Below, piece after piece: positions 9,431-16,127 of a DNA stretch of 32,000 bases. The notes under the pieces are model-generated. The model ran no database searches and was not told where the DNA came from. It saw only the letters and a program-made list of their open reading frames with translations. The DNA is taken from positions 360,001 through 392,000 of the forward strand of contig JBDHVY010000001.1 in assembly GCA_039809905.1 (NCBI GenBank). Reading direction: 5' to 3'. Origin of the DNA: Candidatus Babelota bacterium (GTDB lineage: Bacteria; Babelota; Babeliae; Babelales; Vermiphilaceae). Numbering within the stretch: the stretch's first letter is position 1; each line of letters begins with the position of its first letter. The position numbers and the translations under genes are program-made.

Positions 9431-9459
9431 AGAATACTGAAAAATGTGCTAACCGTCAA
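9431..9459 (-). promoter_or_regulatory. Candidate sigma70-type promoter of tRNA-Leu
   Basis: Minus strand reads TTGACG - 17 nt - TATTCT, ending 26 nt before the tRNA 5' end. The same CAGTATTCT -10 context occurs upstream of tRNA-Ser(GCU). Confidence 0.4.
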
Positions 9460-9461
9460 AT

Positions 9462-9492
9462 AAAAAGCCCTGTAAAATTTACAGGGCTTTTT
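9462..9492 (-). terminator. Intrinsic terminator after the GH1-like gene
   Basis: AAAAAGCCCTGTAAA (9462-9476) / TTTACAGGGCTTTTT (9478-9492). A/T tracts lie on both sides. Confidence 0.75.
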
Positions 9493-9509
9493 TAAACATT
9501 ACATGATCA

Positions 9510-10853
9510 TTATTGATGCATTGTGCTATGATTCTTTGCTATTTCAATATAACGTGATGCGCCAGGCTTTAATGTTCTTTCCATAGTCATACGATCAACA
9601 GAAAAAATACCAAAATGATTGTCATATGATCCCCAATCACAAGCATCAAACAGACTATAATGATAATAGCCTTGAACATTATAGCCATCTTTAATAGCTT
9701 GTGAAACAGCATATACATAACGTTCATTATGCAATCTGCGAAGATCATCATCCTGTGTTGCAATACCATTTTTAGTTATCATGATTGGAATATTTAACTG
9801 ATGAGCCATTTTCCGAGAAACTTCATCAATTGCGTAATATAATCCCTCTGGATATACAGTAAGCGATTGTATCTCTGTTTTCATCTCTTTCTCAAACGGA
9901 ATCCGCTTAAAGTTTTTCATTTGATAATGACAATAATAATCAATACCAACAAAATCAATTGAGCTTGGAGCTAATGGATTACTATGATGCTTTACCACAC
10001 CACCCCATGATTTTGGTAACTTAATTGAAACATCGAACTTGCCTGTTGAAAAGAATTTATAAATTGTTTCATTAGTAAGGATATTAGCCATTGAACATGC
10101 TAATCTATCCCAGAAATATTTTGGCTCAAGTTGAACAACATGCTTGGTAATACCAACTTGTATTTCCGCATCAATGTTTTTAAGAATACTATACACACGG
10201 ACATGAGCATCAAGTTCATTAGCTAAAACATCCATAGCCAATTGCATATCTTTTTTGAATGGCGGATGTGTTTTATTCCAGTACGCAAGCATAGCATAAG
10301 ATTCTGGTGACCAAAACGTAATATACCGATCAACCGTACCTTTTAATGCTTGAGCAACAGTACTGCAGTACTGTTCAAAAATATCAATATTTTGACTATT
10401 TTCAAAAGCACCTTTTTTAATATACCATGATGGATCTTCAAGTCCCTTGAGAACCACAATGACTTTAATATCATTACGGCGACATTCTGCAAATTCATCT
10501 GAATAGCGCTTTAATACATCTTCATTAAATTCACCTTCAGACGGCTCTATTTTGCTCCAATCAAGAACATAAATAATTTCCGTCATACCAATCTGTTTAA
10601 TTAACTGTATATCTTTTTGATAGCGCGTATCATGCTCAACGCCCTTGCCCACTTCTGATACTAACCATTCGCCTTTTAAACCATTTCCTTCAACGGTTTT
10701 TCCGAGCAAAGTTACACCAAAATTAAAGCTTTTTGGAAAAGACATTGATGCTACATCTATCTTTGACCAATTCCAATATGGTACCGATTGCGCAGAAAAA
10801 ACAGCGCTCATCGATAAAAAAATAGTGAAAAAACCAATTGATTTCTTAATCAT
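9510..10853 (-). CDS. Secreted glycoside hydrolase family 1-like protein with substituted catalytic residues (probable non-canonical or pseudo-glycosidase)
   Basis: GH1 layout is recognisable: FNFGVTLLGKTVEG (cf. F-WG-ATA-YQ-EG), DWSKIEP, ITFWSPES (cf. TFNEP), IMITKNGIA (cf. ITENG), GYYHYSLFDACDWGSYDNHFGIFSVD (cf. GY--WSL-DNFEW--GY--RFG---VD). Signal peptide MIKKSIGFFTIFLSMSAVFSAQS. Start at 10853 is 6 nt after a GGGGGG SD. Confidence 0.75.
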   Translation of the reverse strand: MIKKSIGFFTIFLSMSAVFSAQSVPYWNWSKIDVASMSFPKSFNFGVTLLGKTVEGNGLKGEWLVSEVGKGVEHDTRYQKDIQLIKQIGMTEIIYVLDWSKIEPSEGEFNEDVLKRYSDEFAECRRNDIKVIVVLKGLEDPSWYIKKGAFENSQNIDIFEQYCSTVAQALKGTVDRYITFWSPESYAMLAYWNKTHPPFKKDMQLAMDVLANELDAHVRVYSILKNIDAEIQVGITKHVVQLEPKYFWDRLACSMANILTNETIYKFFSTGKFDVSIKLPKSWGGVVKHHSNPLAPSSIDFVGIDYYCHYQMKNFKRIPFEKEMKTEIQSLTVYPEGLYYAIDEVSRKMAHQLNIPIMITKNGIATQDDDLRRLHNERYVYAVSQAIKDGYNVQGYYHYSLFDACDWGSYDNHFGIFSVDRMTMERTLKPGASRYIEIAKNHSTMHQ

Positions 10854-10953
10854 AAACATACCCCCCACTTAAAACATAAATTACCATTCTGGATACATAA
10901 TCGAAACAATAAAAATATCCCTATTAGTAATTATATAATTAACTGTGGCATTG

Positions 10954-12957
10954 TCAACAGGCAGAAATGACATTACCCTTAAAAGAGCATAATATATTGA
11001 TCCAATCAATAAATCGACTACTTTTTTCGTCATCTTCAAACCACCAGGTAGCAGGGCCTTGTTCTAATTTGAATAATCGCTTGAAAACGCCAAGCTTTGT
11101 TTCTTCGATTTTTACCTGATAATTCGCAAAAATACCGTCGGTATCCTGCTCCAGAAATATTGGCTTTTTATTATGCGTTGCGATAGCAACCAAAGAATGC
11201 GAATAATTAGCAATATTTTTACCAAATTGATAAATTCGCCGAGCTGCTTGAGTATCAACTATTCCCCTATAAGGTTCATCAATAAGCACAAGCATATGAT
11301 TTTTACTGTCTGAGAGTCCTATTTCTATCAATAGTTCTTGCATAACCTTCATTTCTGCCATACCCGTTGAAAGCTCTTGAGATAAATTTTCACTCGTAGC
11401 AAGACCTGTTTTGATAGATGAAAACAGTGTTTGTTTTCCTTCTCTAAAAGGTCCTATACACCACGATTGAGCTAAAACCGCCATACCCAATGTTTTTAAA
11501 ATGGTTGATTTTCCGCCTCCATTAGGCCCTGTAATAATAATTTTTCCAGGATTATCTCCACCTAAAATAAAATCATTCGTAACCGCACGATCAGGTGATA
11601 GCAATGGTAACCATGCATCACGATAATGTAAAAATGGTTCTTGATTATCCACAAATTCGGCAAAACTAAAAACTACCCGCTTATTTTGGCTTTCCTTATA
11701 CAACGTTGCAATAGCACAATATGCATCCAATAAAGCAACTGATTGTAACAATGGAACAATTGATTTTTTCATCTGCTGAATTTCTAAATTCATAGTCAAT
11801 ACATGACCGCACGAATAAAGAGATCCTGTCTTTTTCAAAAATCGTGGCGTTAACAAGGTTTTTATAAATTGTTCTCTTTCATTGTCATATATCTCTTTTT
11901 GATCAAAAATTGTTCCCACCATTGGTACTTTCGCGTTCACCATTTTTTGCAATTTTTTGATCGCATTAATACATTCTGCAACATCAGACACACGATTTTG
12001 TAACTGATCAAGAGTTCGCTTCATCGACATAAGTTCTCGCATTGTGGAAACGATAGTATTTCCTAATTCATAATCAGAAAAAAGAGTAGGAATAGTTGCA
12101 CAGATAGATGCACTCACAGGATCCATGCTCGCTCTTAGAAAATCTGTGTCATCCCTTTTTTGGAAAAGACCAGCTAAAAATCCCAATTTTTTTCTATCAA
12201 CAAAAAAACCTTCATGTAAAACAGTATACCTATCACCCCATGATCCATAATAGAAAGCCTTAACGTAATCTTTATACGTATAACCAAGTGATTTATGTTC
12301 TTTTAACTGATCAAGGTAGGGAAGATGTTGTTTTAATGGATTCTTAAAACCAGCTTTTAAGCCCCGCATTAGATTAAGATCTTCCTTTCCATAAAGCCAT
12401 CTCTTAAATTCTGTTGAAATTCCACCAAATGCTAATACACCTATCAAATACTTCCATGCAATAAACAGTTCCATGATTGTACTCACATTGAGCGCAAGAC
12501 TACTCTTATTGAGCTCTTTGAGTCCCTTTACCGAATAATAAAATCCCCGTGCATTTCTACTTAATTCATCATGCTTATCCCAATAAGCAAGAAGATGCTT
12601 TTCAGCATCACGAATAGATTTCAATTGTTGTTGAAAGAGGTGCATTTTATCTTCATGCTCAACCAAAAACATAATAATTTTTTTACGCTGCTCCAATTCT
12701 TTTTTATCTGCTATGGGATGCAGCAATTGAATAAGCCCCCACCTTCCAAAAGATGTTGTTGTCCGGTCAAGCTGAGTTACCAATTCATCAAGTTTCAGCT
12801 CCTTCCATTCACGTTTACCGATAATAGATTGCGCAGGAAGAATATAAGGAACAGTATTAAGAACATACTCAACATGCTTGCTTAAGCTCGAATCTGCAGC
12901 AATTTCATGACAAAAAAAAGAAAGAAAAAACAATCCCAATGACATGATTAATACCAT
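10954..12957 (-). CDS. MutS-related ATPase (domains III and V only) with an N-terminal signal/TM segment and an internal TM segment
   Basis: Walker A ITGPNGGGKSTILKT, Walker B LVLIDEPYRG, and a MutS core-like TTSFGRWGLIQLLHPIADKKELEQRKKII. No mismatch-binding domain I and no Smr domain. Hydrophobic stretches MVLIMSLGLFFLSFFC and IMELFIAWKYLIGVLAFGGI. Confidence 0.7.
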   Translation of the reverse strand: MVLIMSLGLFFLSFFCHEIAADSSLSKHVEYVLNTVPYILPAQSIIGKREWKELKLDELVTQLDRTTTSFGRWGLIQLLHPIADKKELEQRKKIIMFLVEHEDKMHLFQQQLKSIRDAEKHLLAYWDKHDELSRNARGFYYSVKGLKELNKSSLALNVSTIMELFIAWKYLIGVLAFGGISTEFKRWLYGKEDLNLMRGLKAGFKNPLKQHLPYLDQLKEHKSLGYTYKDYVKAFYYGSWGDRYTVLHEGFFVDRKKLGFLAGLFQKRDDTDFLRASMDPVSASICATIPTLFSDYELGNTIVSTMRELMSMKRTLDQLQNRVSDVAECINAIKKLQKMVNAKVPMVGTIFDQKEIYDNEREQFIKTLLTPRFLKKTGSLYSCGHVLTMNLEIQQMKKSIVPLLQSVALLDAYCAIATLYKESQNKRVVFSFAEFVDNQEPFLHYRDAWLPLLSPDRAVTNDFILGGDNPGKIIITGPNGGGKSTILKTLGMAVLAQSWCIGPFREGKQTLFSSIKTGLATSENLSQELSTGMAEMKVMQELLIEIGLSDSKNHMLVLIDEPYRGIVDTQAARRIYQFGKNIANYSHSLVAIATHNKKPIFLEQDTDGIFANYQVKIEETKLGVFKRLFKLEQGPATWWFEDDEKSSRFIDWINILCSFKGNVISAC

Positions 12958-13033
12958 ATAACTAATTCCCCCCTCAGGAAATTTTTTAGAATTTATTACT
13001 TAATTTATACATAGGTAAATAAGAACACTATTT

Positions 13034-14224
13034 TTATACAACATGAGAAAGTTGCATAATTGGCGAATATACCGCAAAAATAAGTATGGTTACCAACAAA
13101 CCAAGTAAGATAATAACACATGGCTGCAAAAAGAAAACAAATCGCCGCAAGCTTTCTTCTACTTTATCATTATACACTAAAGCAGCTGCTTCAAGCGAAT
13201 TTCCCAATGTTCCGGATTCTTGACCAACATAAACCAAAGCAATAACCTCCGGCAAAAAAAGCATGGTTTCTGCCATTGCACTAGCCAACAATTTTCCCGC
13301 TTCAACATCATGATAGATGACCTTCAACTGTGCCTTGATCTTTTGATGCTCAACGGAATCACTTATTATTTTTAATCCTGTCATCAGTGGAGCACCACTA
13401 GAGACTAATAATGCTAATGCTTGTAATGCTTGGCACATATGATATTGCCAAACAATGGTGCTAATGAATGGAATATTATTCATTAACATATTCCATTTTT
13501 TTCGGCCTTGCTTTGTCATAAAATAACGCTGGATACAGATAAGGGTTATTGCAACAAATACAATCAGATATAGCATTAAATAACTGGACATGAATGCACT
13601 CACAGAAAGCATAAACCGTGTTAAAGCAGTCAATTCTTGCTGTAAAGAAATAAACATATCCGCAAATCGTGGAATAATAAAAATAAAAATAAAAAAACTA
13701 ATCCCAATGAAAAACGATAACGTCAAAAATGGCATTGCCAGAGCTGCACGAAGATTTTTATTAAAAATATGCTGTTTATCAAAATAATGCACTACGTTCT
13801 CTACCGCATGAATTATATTTCCTGATTCATGGCCTGCAGCAAGCATGATAACAACAATAGGATCACACAGTTCTTGATGTTTTTCTACGGCCTTATCAAA
13901 AGAAATGCCATGCTGAACATCATGGTTTACTTGCAAAAGCACATCATACATAATCGGATTACCCAACTGCTGAGCAACAACATGAAGAACGTTTGGCAAC
14001 AATACACCAGCACGTAAAAGTTTTCCTTTTTGCTTAAATAAATCACTTTTAGTTTTTGCACTAATAGGCCATAAAAAAGAAGGTGCATGAACAATTTTGT
14101 AGGATAATACAGCAAGACCATGGTTTAAAAGTTGTTGTGATAAATCCTCTGGTGAACTCGCTGACTTTTTACCTTTTTTTATTGTTCCTGTGATATCAAC
14201 ACCAACCCATCTAAAATATGGCAT
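13034..14224 (-). CDS. pilC: Type II secretion / type IV pilus platform protein (GspF/PilC family)
   Basis: About 396 aa. N-terminus MPYFRWVGVDITGTIKKGKKSASSPEDLSQQLLNHGL is typical of PilC, and there are two T2SSF-like halves with three TM segments. The ATG at 14224 has GGAGAGGA upstream; the ORF-track start at 14245 is a TTG. Confidence 0.8.
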   Translation of the reverse strand: MPYFRWVGVDITGTIKKGKKSASSPEDLSQQLLNHGLAVLSYKIVHAPSFLWPISAKTKSDLFKQKGKLLRAGVLLPNVLHVVAQQLGNPIMYDVLLQVNHDVQHGISFDKAVEKHQELCDPIVVIMLAAGHESGNIIHAVENVVHYFDKQHIFNKNLRAALAMPFLTLSFFIGISFFIFIFIIPRFADMFISLQQELTALTRFMLSVSAFMSSYLMLYLIVFVAITLICIQRYFMTKQGRKKWNMLMNNIPFISTIVWQYHMCQALQALALLVSSGAPLMTGLKIISDSVEHQKIKAQLKVIYHDVEAGKLLASAMAETMLFLPEVIALVYVGQESGTLGNSLEAAALVYNDKVEESLRRFVFFLQPCVIILLGLLVTILIFAVYSPIMQLSHVV

Positions 14225-14265
14225 ACGACATCCGTTCCTCTCCAAATTGGTACCCTGAACAGCAC

Positions 14266-14339
14266 AATCTCTATTTTTATCCCCGATGTCGCCGAGTCTT
14301 CATTGGGGTCCCCATATGAAATGATAATGAAATATGAGG
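14266..14339 (-). promoter_or_regulatory. GC-tract leader element, copy C (upstream of pilC-like gene)
   Basis: Minus strand reads gCCTCatatttcattatcatttcatatGGGGaCCCCaatgaagactcggcgacatcGGGGataaaAATAGAGATT. It shares the GGGG-N-CCCCA core and the AAATAGAGATT box with copy A. Confidence 0.35.
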
Positions 14340-14340
14340 C

Positions 14341-14628
14341 TCAAAACATATCCATCTGCCAATCGATACCCAATTTTTCCAATAATTGCTGAAACGTCAT
14401 TTCGATATCTACTTTAATACGTTTATTTCTTGTTTGTTCTCCAGAAACAATCGAAACCATATTTTGAGAGATATCAAGTGCCTTTGAAAGACTTTTGATT
14501 AATTCAGCATTTGCCTTACCATTCTCTGCTGGACTTTTAACATGACATTTCAAATGTCCCGATTTATCAAGTGACCAGCCTTTTTTAGAAGAGTTGGGAG
14601 TAACCTTTACCTCAAAAATAAATGCCAT
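14341..14628 (-). CDS. DUF167 / YggU-family (UPF0235) protein
   Basis: MAFIFEVKVTPNSSKKGW...VKSPAENGKANAELIKSLSKALDISQNMVSIVSGEQTRNKRIKV matches the YggU-family pattern. The ATG at 14628 has GGAGG 6 nt upstream. Confidence 0.75.
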   Translation of the reverse strand: MAFIFEVKVTPNSSKKGWSLDKSGHLKCHVKSPAENGKANAELIKSLSKALDISQNMVSIVSGEQTRNKRIKVDIEMTFQQLLEKLGIDWQMDMF

Positions 14629-14762
14629 TTTTAACCTCCAACTGATGAATTTGATTTTTCCATTATTCTTCATCATGAGTAAAAAAAGCTTAACTCAGCT
14701 TAAAAAAAATATACAATACTTTAAAAAATGTTATATTTAAGCAGGAAATGTTAATAAGTTAC

Positions 14763-14790
14763 TTGAAAAAATAGTAAATGACAGTATTCT
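14763..14790 (+). promoter_or_regulatory. Candidate sigma70-type promoter of the tRNA cluster
   Basis: TTGAAA (14763-14768) - 16 nt - TATTCT (14785-14790). The tRNA starts 24 nt downstream, the same geometry and -10 hexamer as the tRNA-Leu promoter. Confidence 0.4.
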
Positions 14791-14813
14791 TTTGAGTATA
14801 TTGAAATTTTCAA

Positions 14814-14904
14814 GGAGAGATGGCTGAGCGGCCTAAAGCGCTTGCCTGCTAAGCAAGAGTCTGGGAAACCGGGCGCGAGGGTTCGAATCCCTCTCTCTCC
14901 ACCA
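14814..14904 (+). tRNA. tRNA-Ser (anticodon GCT), class II, CCA encoded
   Basis: GGAGAGATGGCTGAGCGGCCTAAAGCGCTTGCCTGCTAAGCAAG... with anticodon loop CT-GCT-AA, a long variable arm, T-arm GAGGGTTCGAATCCCTC and acceptor TCTCTCC-A-CCA. Confidence 0.9.
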
Positions 14905-14961
14905 GCTTTCGCCAAAGCCTTCAGCTGGAACGCCAGTTTTTGAAATGATTGACATTAAAAC

Positions 14962-15038
14962 GCGCCCATAGCTCAATTGGATAGAGCGTCAGACTACGGA
15001 TCTGAAGGTTGTAGGTTCGACTCCTTCTGGGCGCGCCA
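14962..15038 (+). tRNA. tRNA-Arg (anticodon ACG), CCA encoded
   Basis: GCGCCCATAGCTCAATTGGATAGAGCGTCAGACTACGGATCTGAAGGTTGTAGGTTCGACTCCTTCTGGGCGCGCCA. Anticodon loop is CT-ACG-GA. There is one T:T mismatch in the T-stem. Confidence 0.85.
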
Positions 15039-15120
15039 ATTACACAGTTCTTTTACATTTTTATCAACTTTCGCTTCTTGATTGGGGTCCTACCCCCAAA
15101 CAAAGCGCAGGTGACGCTGA

Positions 15121-15212
15121 GGAGAGATGGCAGAGCGGCCGAATGCGGCGGTCTTGAAAACCGTTATTCCGAGAGATCGGGATCGTGGGTTCGAATCCCA
15201 CTCTCTCCTCCA
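15121..15212 (+). tRNA. tRNA-Ser (anticodon TGA), class II, CCA encoded
   Basis: GGAGAGATGGCAGAGCGGCCGAATGCGGCGGTCTTGAAAACCGT... with anticodon loop CT-TGA-AA, a long variable arm and T-arm GTGGGTTCGAATCCCAC. Confidence 0.9.
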
Positions 15213-15226
15213 TTTATTTTATATGG

Positions 15227-15256
15227 TTGATAGCACATCACATTTTTCTGTAATTT
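15227..15256 (+). promoter_or_regulatory. Possible promoter of the ankyrin-family gene pair
   Basis: TTGATA (15227-15232) - 18 nt - TAATTT (15251-15256), about 40 nt upstream of the ATG at 15296. Weak match. Confidence 0.25.
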
Positions 15257-15295
15257 CTCAACAAAAATAAGACACACAACAAAACGAAAGAAATT

Positions 15296-16060
15296 ATGCT
15301 TAATATATCATTATTGATCGTTTTCTTTATCACTAACACGGCTACTTTTCTTTGCTCAATGGATCAAGCTTCCAAAAGAACATCAAAAGAATTAAGCACT
15401 AAAAGAAAATCCCTGCCTAAGGCTATTGCTTCTGTAGGTCCTTTTGAAAAAAAATATAAACCTAGTCCTCTCTCAACGATAAAAGAAATCAAGAGTCCGC
15501 ACGGACTTCTAATAGCTATAGAAAATAACAACTTGGCTCGCATAGAAATGTATTTATCAAATCCTCATCTTAATCTCAGTACAATAAAAGACATCAATGG
15601 AGATACGCCTCTTCATTATGCCAGCAGATCAAAAAATTTTGATTTTATTGAAAATTGTCTAACAAAAACAAATGTAGATTTTTCCATAAAAAACAAACAT
15701 GCCATAACTATCATGAAATACATTCCTCAAGATGTCACCATCAATCAGAAAGCTATTTCTTGTTCTAAAGAAAAAATTCCCACTCTTCGTGCGGTAGTTT
15801 TTGCACGAGCATCTGTTGATGGAATGGTAAATATACAAGTTGACAAATATCGACCTCACTATGAAGAAGGTTCCATAACAAAAGAGATTCTTATTAAAAT
15901 AAGCGAAGAAACAGTAAAAAAAGCTCAAGAAGATGAAAAAACTCAGGAAACACACGAAGATCGTGCAATACCCAAATTCGCTTGCTATCCCGATTATGCA
16001 ACAGTTGAGTTTATCTATCAGATGATTTTGTTTCGACTTGCACAACAAGACTCTCAATAA
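15296..16060 (+). CDS. Exported ankyrin-repeat protein (single-module member of a local family)
   Basis: Signal-like LLIVFFITNTATFLCSMDQ and a basic tract SKRTSKELSTKRKSLPK. ANK consensus is visible in NGDTPLHYASRSKNFDFIENCL. The C-terminal part (LRAVVFARA...; IPKFACYPDYATVEFIYQMI) parallels the modules of the next gene. Confidence 0.7.
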   Translation: MLNISLLIVFFITNTATFLCSMDQASKRTSKELSTKRKSLPKAIASVGPFEKKYKPSPLSTIKEIKSPHGLLIAIENNNLARIEMYLSNPHLNLSTIKDINGDTPLHYASRSKNFDFIENCLTKTNVDFSIKNKHAITIMKYIPQDVTINQKAISCSKEKIPTLRAVVFARASVDGMVNIQVDKYRPHYEEGSITKEILIKISEETVKKAQEDEKTQETHEDRAIPKFACYPDYATVEFIYQMILFRLAQQDSQ

Positions 16061-16127
16061 ATTTCTTCTTTTTATATAACTCATTGTATTAACATTATAT
16101 CACTATTTAATCACTAAAGGGACAGCT

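Noticed and set aside
14685-14715. Small hairpin AAGCT-taactc-AGCTT flanked by A-runs upstream of the DUF167 gene, resembling a minus-strand terminator
   Set aside because: The stem is only 5 bp and entirely weak, and no minus-strand gene ends there. It is probably chance in an AT-rich spacer.
14814-15212. tRNA cluster as an integration hotspot or genomic-island boundary
   Set aside because: There is no integrase, no direct repeat of a tRNA 3' end and no mobile-element gene nearby. The downstream ankyrin genes are lineage-specific but have the same composition as the rest of the window.
15659-16084. 141-aa minus-strand ORF overlapping the first ankyrin gene
   Set aside because: It is antisense to a better-supported ORF that has a signal peptide and an ANK motif. 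Its translation is Phe/Ile/Cys-rich nonsense typical of AT-rich antisense frames.
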